A stretch of 64,000 nt of DNA from an uncultured delta proteobacterium. GTDB taxonomy: Bacteria > Desulfobacterota > RBG-13-43-22. Positions 54,117 through 64,000 of the stretch are shown one piece after another (within the stretch, counting starts at the first letter, position 1; every line of letters starts with the position of its first letter). A model generated the notes under the pieces. It was not told where the DNA came from. It was given only the letters and a program-made list of their open reading frames with translations, and searched no databases. The translations under genes were made by a program, and so were the position numbers. The stretch spans positions 32,001-96,000 of the forward strand of contig CAWJJC010000028.1 in assembly GCA_963843145.1 (NCBI GenBank), written 5' to 3'.

Positions 54117-55019
54117 ATGAAGAAAATCCGAGGAATAATACAGGTGCTCTTTTTTTGTCTGATAGGGATCGGGTTGTTGCCGGAGGCGAAAGCCGACACG
54201 CGGCTACTGCCGCTTTCCGGATTATTGCCCGGGTGGACACTGGCAGGCCCGATCAAAACATATACCGGGGAAGATCTCTTCGAATATATCAACGGCGAGG
54301 CCGAGCTTTATCTCCAGTTCGGATTCAAAATCCTAACTTCCGGCCTTTACTTAAAAGAGGACCAGTCCAATCGGGGTATTGCCGCCGATGTTTACGAGAT
54401 GGGTTCAGACCTGGAAGCCTTCGGGATTTACGCCAACTATCGCCAGCCGGAGGCCGAACCGGTAAAGGCGGGTATCGAGGGTTTTGTCAATCCGTCGCAA
54501 CTGATGTTTTACCAGGGCCGGTACTTTGTTCAGCTCAACGCTTCCGGTGCTGCCACTCAAGACCAGGCGGTTTTTCTGAATTTGGCCGGCTTGATTTCCA
54601 GGAACCTACCTGCTTCAGCCCAAAGCCCACCGGATTTATCTTTGCTCAAAATCCCCGCCCTGATCCCCAAAACCGAAAAATATACCCCCCAGAGCGTCCT
54701 GGGCTATCCTTTTTTTAAAAAAGGGCTAACTGCCCAGGCCCTCCTTGACGGCCGCCCGGTCCGGATCTTTGTTCTCCTGGAGGGATCGATCGAGGGAGCC
54801 CGCCAGACGATACAGGCCTACGAAAAGGCCCTTAAAGAAAAGGGCGGCGCCCTGAAAAGGGAACCGGAATCCTCCGGTGAAATTCTTTGCGCCCGGGACC
54901 CCCTGTATGGCGGGTTGTGCCTGCAGCCGTCAGGGTCTTATGTTTTGGGCGTGGCCGACCTCCCGGATCTCGCCAAGGGACTCCCTCTGATCCGGCAGCT
55001 TCAAGATCGTATCCACTAA
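54117..55019 (+). CDS. Exported DUF6599-like protein
   Basis: Signal peptide AKA-D; LFEYINGEAELY, DVYEMG...AFGIY. Confidence 0.75.
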   Translation: MKKIRGIIQVLFFCLIGIGLLPEAKADTRLLPLSGLLPGWTLAGPIKTYTGEDLFEYINGEAELYLQFGFKILTSGLYLKEDQSNRGIAADVYEMGSDLEAFGIYANYRQPEAEPVKAGIEGFVNPSQLMFYQGRYFVQLNASGAATQDQAVFLNLAGLISRNLPASAQSPPDLSLLKIPALIPKTEKYTPQSVLGYPFFKKGLTAQALLDGRPVRIFVLLEGSIEGARQTIQAYEKALKEKGGALKREPESSGEILCARDPLYGGLCLQPSGSYVLGVADLPDLAKGLPLIRQLQDRIH

Positions 55020-55069
55020 TTTTCCCGCGATCTTTTGCGTATTCCCCTCGCTTCTAAAAAGTCGGTAGC

Positions 55070-55112
55070 AGTCTAGAAAAGTCTTGACTTTATTAGACTT
55101 TGGTCTAAACTA
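55070..55112 (+). promoter_or_regulatory. Promoter with palindromic operator upstream of the AAA-DUF4143 gene
   Basis: AGTCTAGAAAAGTC-TT-GACTTTATTAGACT (12/14 arms) over a TTGACT -35. Confidence 0.55.
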
Positions 55113-55117
55113 ATTTT

Positions 55118-56338
55118 ATGTTGGAACGGACCGCAATCGGTATTATCCGGGAGATTATTGAACAGTTTCACAAGATGGCGTTCGTCAGCGGGCCGCGACA
55201 GGTCGGAAAAACGACCCTGGCGAAGCAATATCAAAAACTGTTCGGCCAGAGCCTATACCTCAACTGGGATATACTCCCTCATCAAAAGGAGATCTTAACC
55301 GATCCCCTTTTTTTCGAGAAAAGAAACCGGGATCCCGGGAAACCCTTTCTGGTTATTCTCGATGAAATTCATAAATATGCCCGGTGGAAGAATTACCTCA
55401 AGGGGATCTATGATCACGGAAAGGAAGAATTCCGATTCTTGATAACGGGCAGCGGCCGCCTGGATCTCTTTAAAAAAGGGGGTGACAGCCTGCTGGGAAG
55501 ATATTTCAGCGTCCCCCTTTTCCCTCTTAGCCTTGGCGAGCTGAACGGAAAGCTGATCCCCCTTGAGGCCTTCAAGGATTCCCTGGAATCACCCCTTCCC
55601 GCTTCAGCAGAGACGAAGGAAGGATATTTACAGCTTTTCCGCTTCAGCGGATTTCCCGAACCTTTTTCCAGGGGAACCTCCGCTTTTTACCGGCGCTGGT
55701 CTTCAGAACGCAAAACGCTGTTGCTTCGGGAAGACATCCGGGACGCCAGCGCTATTCGAGAGATTTCCCTTCTTGAGCATCTGGCCCAGTTGATTCCGGA
55801 ACGAATTGGGAGCCCTCTATCGTTAAATGCGTTGAGGAGAGAAGTGGGGGTAGCCTTCGAGACCATCCGGGACTGGCTCCTTTTGCTCGAACAATTTTAT
55901 TACCTCTTTCGTCTATCCCCCTTTACCGGCCGTTTGGCACGAACCCTCAAGAAAGAAAAGAAAGCGTACCTCTTTGATTGGGTGGAAATTGAGGACGAAG
56001 GCGTACGTTTTGAAAACCTGGTGGCCTTGCATCTGCTGAAGGCGGTGCGCCTCTGGAAGGCTAGGGGGGAGGGAGAGCCCCGGTTACATTACGTCCGGGA
56101 CAAGGAAAAACGCGAAGTGGACTTTGTCCTTTCGGAAAAAGGGAAACCCTTTTGCCTGATTGAGTGCAAAACAAGGGATGAGACCTTGGCCCCCAGCCTG
56201 CTTCATTTTCAAAAGAAACTCATGGTGCCCACGGCGGTCCAAATCCTTCACCAACCCGGAATCTGCAAAAAAATGCGTCTCGAGGGATTAAGCCAATGGG
56301 TTATTTCTGCCGATCAATGGCTTTCTCTGCTCCCTTAG
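55118..56338 (+). CDS. AAA_14 ATPase with DUF4143 and PD-(D/E)xK C-terminus
   Basis: GPRQVGKTT, ILDEIH, TGS, FENLV, EVDF...IECK. Confidence 0.9.
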   Translation: MLERTAIGIIREIIEQFHKMAFVSGPRQVGKTTLAKQYQKLFGQSLYLNWDILPHQKEILTDPLFFEKRNRDPGKPFLVILDEIHKYARWKNYLKGIYDHGKEEFRFLITGSGRLDLFKKGGDSLLGRYFSVPLFPLSLGELNGKLIPLEAFKDSLESPLPASAETKEGYLQLFRFSGFPEPFSRGTSAFYRRWSSERKTLLLREDIRDASAIREISLLEHLAQLIPERIGSPLSLNALRREVGVAFETIRDWLLLLEQFYYLFRLSPFTGRLARTLKKEKKAYLFDWVEIEDEGVRFENLVALHLLKAVRLWKARGEGEPRLHYVRDKEKREVDFVLSEKGKPFCLIECKTRDETLAPSLLHFQKKLMVPTAVQILHQPGICKKMRLEGLSQWVISADQWLSLLP

Positions 56339-56397
56339 GAAACAGGAACTTTCGGGATACGGAAGCTTTGAGCATCAACGACAAAGAGGATTAATGG

Positions 56398-58302
56398 ATG
56401 GCTTTAATCGGCGCACGAGACCTGTGCTGGGGATTCTCTAAGCCCCCGCTGCTTGAAAATATCACCTTTCAGATCGAAAAAGGGGAGCGTATCTGTCTCT
56501 TGGGTCGCAACGGGGAAGGAAAGTCTACCCTACTCAAGCTCTTGAACGGAGAAATCCTTCCGGACAGCGGGGAAGTATGGCGGCAGCAAGGCCTCACCGT
56601 TTCTGCCCTGGGCCAGGTTGTCCCCCGGGAATTCGAGGGAACGATCTTCGAGGTGGTGGCCGGCGGCCTGGGTCCGAAAGGGCCGGGCCTGGCCGAATAC
56701 CACCGTATCGGCCTAAAAGCTGAAGCCGGGAGAATCCCGGAAGTTCCTGGAAGTTGGGATGAACCGGCCGACCTTTCAAGGTCCGAGGATTGGATTGCCC
56801 TTTCCCAACGGATCGAAACTATTTTGTCCAGGACCCATCTTCCCCCTGAAGCCCAATTCGCCGACCTTTCCGCGGGGATGAAACGCCGCGCGCTTTTTGC
56901 CCGGGCCCTGGCCTTGGAGCCGGATATTCTGCTGCTGGATGAGCCCACCAATCATCTGGATATCGAGACCATCTTATGGTTGGAGGGCTTTATCCTGCGC
57001 TATGTGAAGACCCTGCTCTTTGTGACCCATGACCGGGCTTTTCTGAAGAAAATAGCCACCCGGGTGCTGGAATTGGATCGAGGACGCCTGATCTCCTATG
57101 ACTGTGACTATGGGACCTATCTGGAACGCAGGCAGGCGGTCCTGCAAGCCGAAGAAAACCAAAACGGGCTGTTCGACAAAAAACTTTCCCAGGAGGAGGC
57201 CTGGATCAGACAGGGGGTCAAGGCCCGGCGAACCAGAAACGAGGGGCGGGTCCAGGCCTTGTTCCGGATGCGCGAAGCCCGCCGGGCCCGCCGCGGGAAA
57301 ATAGGAAATGTCAAACTGCGGCTTCAGGAAGCGGAAAGGACCGGAAAACTGGTTATCGAGGCCAACCGGGTGAGCTTTGCCTATGGGCAGAGCCCCGTGG
57401 TCCGGGATTTTTCCACCCTGATTATGCGCGGGGACAAGGTGGGAATTATCGGGCCCAATGGGGCGGGCAAGACCACCCTGCTGAATATCCTTTTGAAAAA
57501 CCTGGCCCCCCAGTCCGGGAGCGTCCGCCACGGCACCCACCTGCAGATCGCCTATTTCGACCAGCTCAGGATCCCGCTCGATGAACAAAAGACGGTCTTG
57601 GAAAATATCGGTCAGGAGAATGACTTTGTCCTGCTGAACGGGCAGCAGCGCCACGTGATCGGCTATCTTCGGGATTTTCTCTTTTCAGCGGAGAAAATCC
57701 GCACGCCGGTACAGGTCCTTTCCGGGGGAGAAAAAAACAGGCTCCTGCTGGCCAAGCTTTTTACCCAGCCGGCCAATGTGCTGGTGCTGGACGAACCGAC
57801 CAACGACCTGGATGCCGAAACCCTGGAACTCCTGGAGGAGCTGCTCTTCGACTTTCAAGGGACCCTTTTGCTGGTAAGCCATGATCGGGCCTTTTTAAAT
57901 CAGGTGGTTACCAGCACGCTCGTTTTCGAAGAAAATGGGCGGGTCAGCGAATATGCCGGCGGATACGACGACTGGCTGCTTCAAAGGCCGGAGCCAAAAG
58001 AGGCGCCCCGTTCCGGGAAAAAAGGCCGGGGAAAATCAGGTCAAAAGCCTAAACCGGTGAAAGCCCGGAAACTGGGATTCAACGAAAAGCGGGAGTTTGA
58101 AGGACTGCCTCAACGCATCAGCGTCCTGGAATCGGAGCAGCAAAGACTCTATGGGGCCAGCGCCGATCCCTTGTTTTACAAAAAAGGGAAGGAAGAGGCT
58201 TTAAAGATTAAGACCCGGCTGGCCGAAGTAGAGCGTGAAATCGAACAGGCATACCTTCGCTGGGAGGAACTGGATAAAAAGACCAACATCGAAGGCGGCT
58301 GA
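56398..58302 (+). CDS. uup: ABC-F ATPase Uup
   Basis: Two ABC domains, EEAWIRQGVKARRTRNEGRV, C-terminal coiled coil. Confidence 0.93.
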   Translation: MALIGARDLCWGFSKPPLLENITFQIEKGERICLLGRNGEGKSTLLKLLNGEILPDSGEVWRQQGLTVSALGQVVPREFEGTIFEVVAGGLGPKGPGLAEYHRIGLKAEAGRIPEVPGSWDEPADLSRSEDWIALSQRIETILSRTHLPPEAQFADLSAGMKRRALFARALALEPDILLLDEPTNHLDIETILWLEGFILRYVKTLLFVTHDRAFLKKIATRVLELDRGRLISYDCDYGTYLERRQAVLQAEENQNGLFDKKLSQEEAWIRQGVKARRTRNEGRVQALFRMREARRARRGKIGNVKLRLQEAERTGKLVIEANRVSFAYGQSPVVRDFSTLIMRGDKVGIIGPNGAGKTTLLNILLKNLAPQSGSVRHGTHLQIAYFDQLRIPLDEQKTVLENIGQENDFVLLNGQQRHVIGYLRDFLFSAEKIRTPVQVLSGGEKNRLLLAKLFTQPANVLVLDEPTNDLDAETLELLEELLFDFQGTLLLVSHDRAFLNQVVTSTLVFEENGRVSEYAGGYDDWLLQRPEPKEAPRSGKKGRGKSGQKPKPVKARKLGFNEKREFEGLPQRISVLESEQQRLYGASADPLFYKKGKEEALKIKTRLAEVEREIEQAYLRWEELDKKTNIEGG

Positions 58303-58517
58303 TCTGCGAGACCGGCTCAGTTCCGGTGCACTGGCGGCGTTCAGAGAGGAGATGAAACCGAGGGAGTTTTAGGGGGTCGCTTCGGACAGGTTGATAGTCA
58401 AGACCTCCTTGACGATTTTCTCACCAAGGCCGAGAAGGTTTTGGCGGAACGTCCCGAGTTGGCTTGTTTGGGAAGATGGGTTGATGAAAGGCTAAAAGGA
58501 AATTTTGGACAGGAACT

Positions 58518-59117
58518 ATGAGGAAAACGGTTCGAGAACTTTCCGTGCTGCTGTTTTTTTGTGGGATTTTTTTTATCTCCGGCGGAGCTTTTCCTCAAGA
58601 AGCCGCGGGAGGTTTGGGCCTTGGGCTTCAAGAAGTTGGATTTCTTACCGGTTACGGGAAGGGGGATTTAGAAAGGCAAAAAACTTTAGAGTTTATCCCC
58701 TTAGGGGTTCGTTTTGGTTTTGACCTCAAACCCTTGGGCAAGAAGTTGGGATGGGAACCCAAAGGGTTGCTGGAGTTCGTCTGTGAGCCCTATTTGGGTT
58801 ACAATCTCCAACCCCAGGACAATATGGAGTTCGGTGTGGCCTTCTTACTCAAGTATGGGTTCCCGTTGACTGAAAAGCTTTATCCTTTTATCGAAGTGGG
58901 AACCGGGCCTTATTACATGACCTGGTCTACTGATAGCCAATCCACCCAGTTTAATTTCGACAGTCAAGGCGGTCTCGGCCTCCTCTATTTTCTAGAAAGA
59001 CATTGGGTGGTCAACGCCGCCTTTCGATATCGCCATGTATCCAATGCGGACATTAAGAAACCCAATGGAGGCATTCAGAGTCTCGTTTATCTAGTCGGAT
59101 TTTCGTATTATTACTGA
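58518..59117 (+). CDS. PagL-like outer-membrane acyloxyacyl hydrolase
   Basis: Signal peptide, TQFNF, YRHVSNA...PNGG, terminal aromatic residue. Confidence 0.85.
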   Translation: MRKTVRELSVLLFFCGIFFISGGAFPQEAAGGLGLGLQEVGFLTGYGKGDLERQKTLEFIPLGVRFGFDLKPLGKKLGWEPKGLLEFVCEPYLGYNLQPQDNMEFGVAFLLKYGFPLTEKLYPFIEVGTGPYYMTWSTDSQSTQFNFDSQGGLGLLYFLERHWVVNAAFRYRHVSNADIKKPNGGIQSLVYLVGFSYYY

Positions 59118-59160
59118 TCAGGAAAAATAAATAAAGTGAAGGAAAAGTGAAAGGAAGCCC

Positions 59161-59943
59161 ATGCAGGTCAAGGCCAACGGAATTTTATTGAATTACGAAG
59201 TAACTGGTAAGGAAGGGGCGCCGGTGGTGGTGCTCAGCCATTCTCTCGGGTCCAGCCTGGTTATGTGGGAGCCGCAACGGACTGCGCTGGAGCCCTATTT
59301 CCAGATTTTACGCTTTGATACCCGAGGGCATGGCGGGAGCGAAGCTGTGGACGGACCCTATACTTTTGAGCTTTTGGCCGAAGATGTGGTCGGGCTTCTG
59401 GACGGGTTGGGCCTTTCCAAGATCCATTTTATTGGATTGTCCATGGGGGGGATGATCGGGCAGGCCCTGGGGTTATATCACCCCGAAAGACTGTTGAGCC
59501 TCACCCTGTGTGACACGGCGGCCGCCAATCCACCCGGTTCCAGGGCTATCTGGCAGGAACGGATCGATCTGGTTCGGAAAGAGGGGTTGGCTCCAATAGT
59601 GGAACCGACCCTCGAACGGTGGTTTACTCCGGACTTTGTCAGGCCAGGCCCGCCAATTCTGGGAAAAATCCGCCGCCAATTCCTGAAGACTTCGATCAAC
59701 GGCTATGTAGGCTGCAGCCAGGCGATCATGGAGCTGGACTATCTGGAGAAACTCGGGCGGATCAAAATCCCCACGCTGGTTGTGGTTGGTGAGGACGATC
59801 CGGGGACGCCGGTCAGCGCCGCGCGGGCCATTCAGGAGCAAATAGTTGATTCGAAGCTGGTAATCCTTCCGGGCGCCCGCCACCTCTCCAACGTGGAGCA
59901 GGCCGGGGCCTTTAACCGGGCGGTGTTGGAGTTTTTATTATGA
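59161..59943 (+). CDS. pcaD: 3-oxoadipate enol-lactonase-like alpha/beta hydrolase
   Basis: HSLG, DTRGHG, GLSMGG, RWFT, HLSNVE. Confidence 0.85.
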   Translation: MQVKANGILLNYEVTGKEGAPVVVLSHSLGSSLVMWEPQRTALEPYFQILRFDTRGHGGSEAVDGPYTFELLAEDVVGLLDGLGLSKIHFIGLSMGGMIGQALGLYHPERLLSLTLCDTAAANPPGSRAIWQERIDLVRKEGLAPIVEPTLERWFTPDFVRPGPPILGKIRRQFLKTSINGYVGCSQAIMELDYLEKLGRIKIPTLVVVGEDDPGTPVSAARAIQEQIVDSKLVILPGARHLSNVEQAGAFNRAVLEFLL

Positions 59944-59984
59944 AATAGTTTCAGGCTTGGGGTACCCGTCGGGGGCAGGAGGGG

Positions 59985-60356
59985 TTAATACACCATCACA
60001 TTCTGCGCCTCCAAAAACGCATCCACCACGCTGGCGCCGGCCACGATTTTGGCTTCCGGGATGAGGTCTTCGGGTGCGATCTGGCGGGCCTGGATGCAGG
60101 GGGCGCAGACATAGATCACCCCTCCGCCCTCCAAATAAATGTCGAGCAATTCCTGCAATGGTGGAAATCCGGCCGCGTGGACGTGGCGGGCGTAATTTTT
60201 CATGGCCAGGTAAACGCCGGTCATCTGCAGGATGATAACCGGTTCCGAATCCATGGCCAAAGCTGTGTTGGCCAATACGAAGGGGATGGTGGCCTTGTCC
60301 GGGCTTTCCTCTGCCGCCGTTACCACAAAAACCAGTTTTTTATTCTGTTCGCTCAT
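59985..60356 (-). CDS. DsrE/DsrF-like protein
   Basis: KATIPF, GVYLA, YVCAPC...R. Confidence 0.85.
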   Translation of the reverse strand: MSEQNKKLVFVVTAAEESPDKATIPFVLANTALAMDSEPVIILQMTGVYLAMKNYARHVHAAGFPPLQELLDIYLEGGGVIYVCAPCIQARQIAPEDLIPEAKIVAGASVVDAFLEAQNVMVY

Positions 60357-60556
60357 AAAGTGCTATCCTCCTCGGGAAGTTAAAATCCTATCGAATCAGT
60401 TTCGGTTATTTATTTCAGATAGGCAACCCTAAAAACATCCTAATTTGACCCCCCCATCTGTTTCTTGTATTATGGACCAAAATTTTTCAACCGATCAATG
60501 AGACCCTGAGGTTAATCAGAAGGTTTGCCTCCTCACTCATCAGCCAAAGGAATAGC

Positions 60557-60862
60557 GTGGGTATCGGCATCATCACCAGCCGGGGCTGGGCGGAAATGGG
60601 CATGGACTTCATTTTTCATGAACTACAAGTCAACCGGTTGGCCGAGAAGGGGCTCGATCCGCTGAAAATAGCCCACCGGATGTTGAAGAATTTTACCCGA
60701 GGGCTGTATATTGAGACCGGTTTGGATGATGACCGGCGTTTATGGCTCCGGGCCCAGGATATTTCCAGGGAGTTTAACTTGCGTTTAGAACGTACGAGCG
60801 GTAGTCTCAATCTCTTGAAACAAACCATTGAAAAGTCGCTTGCGGGAGTTAACCGGTTATAG
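60557..60862 (+). pseudogene. Probable C-terminal remnant of a DUF1638-like protein
   Basis: LYIETG...AQDISREFNLRLE...GSL.LL resembles the DUF1638 C-terminus; N-terminal Cys-containing part absent. Confidence 0.45.
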
Positions 60863-60912
60863 AAAAGGTAAAAATCGGATGAACCAGACACCCGAGCAAG
60901 AAGCCAGGGAAG

Positions 60913-60967
60913 TAATTTCTTTAAGGTAAACCCCCGGCCTAGCCGGGGGTTTACCTTAAAGAAATTA
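60913..60967. repeat. Perfect 26-bp-stem hairpin
   Basis: TAATTTCTTTAAGGTAAACCCCCGGC-CTA-GCCGGGGGTTTACCTTAAAGAAATTA. Confidence 0.9.
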
Positions 60968-61096
60968 TATTAAGAGTGCAGTAATTCACAAATTACAGGA
61001 CATATTTCTTATTGATTATACTTTTTCAGGCAATTATGGTATATTGAATACGCAATAATTCAAATATTATATGAACTGCTACTCTCAGAATATACC

Positions 61097-61906
61097 ATGA
61101 AATCAATGGCTGGTTTAGGAAAAAAGGAAAGAGAACGGCTTTCGGCCATCCTCCGGGAAACGAAAGGGACAATTTCGGTCGAGGAAACCGGGAAAATTCT
61201 TGGGATAAATCAAATAATGGCGGCCAAGATGCTGTCCCGTTGGGTCGGGCAGGGATGGCTGTCCCGGGTCCGCCGTGGGTTATATGTTCCGGTCCCTCTG
61301 GAATCTCGAACCACGGACGTCCCTTTGGAAGATCCCTGGATCGTGGCTTCCCGGTTATTCAACCCTTGCTATATCGGCGGGTGGAGTGCAGCCGAGTACT
61401 GGGACCTGACGGAACAAATCTTTCGAACGATTATTGTCATCACCCTTCAACGTCCCAGAGACCGAAAACCAAAAATCAAAGATATTGAGTTCTGGGTCCG
61501 TTCAACGAAATCCGAAGGTTTCTTTGGTTTTAAACCTGTATGGAGAGGAGAGGTTAAGGTAAACGTCTCCGACCCAACCCGGACTATACTGGACTTGTTA
61601 GCCGATCCCGGTCTAGGAGGGGGGGGCCGTTCCGTAGAGGATATGCTGATCAATTATCTTAAATCCGATAAAAAGGATTTGAATCTCCTGCTGGAATATG
61701 CGGAGCGGTTAGGTATTGGAGCGGTATATAAACGTTTGGGATTTTTGCTGGAACGATATGCCCCCGAGGAACAAGAGGTCATTCGGAAATGCCGTGAAAG
61801 GCTTTCAGCCGGTAATGCCAAACTCGATTCGAACCTTCCATCCAACCGATTGATAACAAAATGGCGCTTATGGGTTCCCGGGCGAAACGGAGGCCAAGAC
61901 CCTTGA
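61097..61906 (+). CDS. abiEi: AbiEi-family type IV antitoxin
   Basis: GWLSRVRRGLY, YIGGWSAAEYWDLTEQ, VSDPTRT, KRLGFLLE. Confidence 0.88.
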   Translation: MKSMAGLGKKERERLSAILRETKGTISVEETGKILGINQIMAAKMLSRWVGQGWLSRVRRGLYVPVPLESRTTDVPLEDPWIVASRLFNPCYIGGWSAAEYWDLTEQIFRTIIVITLQRPRDRKPKIKDIEFWVRSTKSEGFFGFKPVWRGEVKVNVSDPTRTILDLLADPGLGGGGRSVEDMLINYLKSDKKDLNLLLEYAERLGIGAVYKRLGFLLERYAPEEQEVIRKCRERLSAGNAKLDSNLPSNRLITKWRLWVPGRNGGQDP

Positions 61907-63328
61907 TCAGTAGGCAGGAGGTACTGGAATTTGCCCATGAGCTAAGACTCGCTCCGAATATTGTGGAAAAAGATTATGTCCTGGGGTGGGTCTTGGCGGG
62001 AATTTATCAATACCCCGCTTTTGGGAAAAGCTGGGTCTTTAAGGGAGGGACTTGTCTTAAAAAGTGTTTTTTCGAAACGTACCGTTTCTCGGAGGACCTG
62101 GATTTCACATTAACCGACCCTGGCCATATTGACGAAGAATTTCTCAGGAACTCATTCGGTGAAATCGTGAATTGTATGACCAGGCCGGTATGTAATCCCA
62201 ATAGACGCGCTTCGTTTCGACGTTTATCAAAACCCGAGAGGGAACCAGTCGGCCCAGGGGAGGATCAGTTATAGAGGGCCTATGAGAAAAGGCGGGGATC
62301 TTCCTCGGATTAAATTGGATCTGACCAATGACGAGATTTTGGTATTGGATCCTGTCCAAAGGGAAATTCACCATCCCTACTCGGATAAGGCGAAAGATGG
62401 CTTCTGGGCTTATTGCTATTCATTTGAGGAGGTTTTTGCCGAGAAGATAAGAGCCCTAGCGGAAAGAGAAAGGCCCCGTGACCTATACGACGTGATCCAG
62501 ATCTTTCGTCATGAAGAATTAAGGCCGGACAGGATCGTCGTTTTCGAAACACTTGAGAAAAAATGTTCCTTCAAAGGAATTGCGGTTCCAACCATTGAAT
62601 CCTTAGGTAAAGAACCCGAGCGTTCCGAACTGGTGGCCGAGTGGGAAAACATGCTCGGCCACCAGTTACCGGCCTTACCACCTTTAGAGCAATTCTGGGA
62701 AGATCTCAAAGTCTTTTTTAAATGGCTGCTCGGGATTGCCGAATTAATCGTCAAGCCGAGTTTCCCAATTCCAGTCGCAAGGATTGATCCAGGATGGCGC
62801 CCTCCGGATATGTTTCAGGTCTGGCATGGTTCTACATCAATGGAGACCATTCGCTTTGCCGCTTCCAACCGGCTGTGCATTGACTTGCAATATAATGGCA
62901 GCCGAAGGCTAATTGAGCCTTATTCCCTGCGTCGTTCTCGGGAAGGGAATATCCTGCTATATGCGGTTAAACACAATACAGGAGAAGACCGTGCCTACCG
63001 AGTTGACCGGATTCAAGCCGCCGAAGTATCCAAGGTTCCTTTTGATCCTCGGTATCTTGTAGAACTTACATCTTCAGGCTCCCTGCACATCCCCCATTTA
63101 TCCCGACCCTCAAACGGACATCAAAGGCCCCGTACTAACCCGCAGGCAGGTCATTATAGATCTAGTAGATCCCTTTCTAGTTTCGGGGCAAAATTTATTT
63201 TCGAATGCCCCCTGTGCAATAAAAGATTTACGCATAATTCCAACCATTCATCCTTAAATAAACATAAGGATAAAAACGGCTATCCCTGTCCGGGAAGAAC
63301 AGGGCTTTATATAGACACAAAATATTAG
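61903..63328 (+). CDS. AbiEii nucleotidyltransferase fused to WYL and a C-terminal Zn finger (indels near 62170-62195)
   Basis: EKDY, FKGGTCLKK, RFSEDLDF, EKIRAL..R..PRDLYD; WYL-like R.IEPYSL...R.YRVDRI (62840-63030); CPLC...H...C tail. Confidence 0.85.
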
Positions 63329-63336
63329 AGGGATTC

Positions 63337-64000
<664 letters not shown>

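Noticed and set aside
53068-54240. 390-aa antisense ORF and similar long shadow ORFs (e.g. 15618-16745, 14447-15295, 19240-20157)
   Set aside because: Mirror frames of GC3-rich genes with no recognisable motifs.
58350-58520. Open frame between uup and the PagL-like gene
   Set aside because: No start or RBS in frame and no recognisable family; cannot be supported.

Overview
64 kb of a diderm, selenocysteine-using bacterial chromosome; gene content and style suggest Desulfobacterota/Deltaproteobacteria (inference). The core backbone holds uvrB-rmuC, a TPAT/TRAP transporter plus sirtuin, a Sec formate dehydrogenase, rpsF-rpsR-rplI-dnaB-hflX, and pyrG-kdsA-kdsC-lptCAB-rpoN-hpf-ptsN-rapZ-PTS IIA-rimI. 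Both ends carry defence-type DNA. Left: an AbiEi/AbiEii pair and a heavily frameshifted ~5.2 kb gene that reconstructs as nucleosidase (PNP/MTAN)-STAND NTPase-helical repeats (Avs-like), bracketed by a 15-bp direct repeat. Right: AbiEi plus an AbiEii-WYL-Zn-finger fusion followed by type I R-M hsdM. The ORF track splits or misses several in-frame UGA (Sec) codons: FdhA, a rhodanese-like protein, a hidden truncated second rhodanese copy, a UGSC protein, and a candidate new C-terminal CxxxxU in the UGSC partner gene, each followed by a SECIS-like hairpin. Also present: MazEF and VapBC modules, two secreted proteins with Chloroflexota-type (Y/F)(L/F)P(L/V)I motifs, several short palindromic repeat families and several 5'-truncated gene remnants. 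Many single-base indels look like long-read consensus errors, so frameshift calls are provisional. No CRISPR array, tRNA or rRNA was seen. All family assignments are from motif recognition; no database searches were run.
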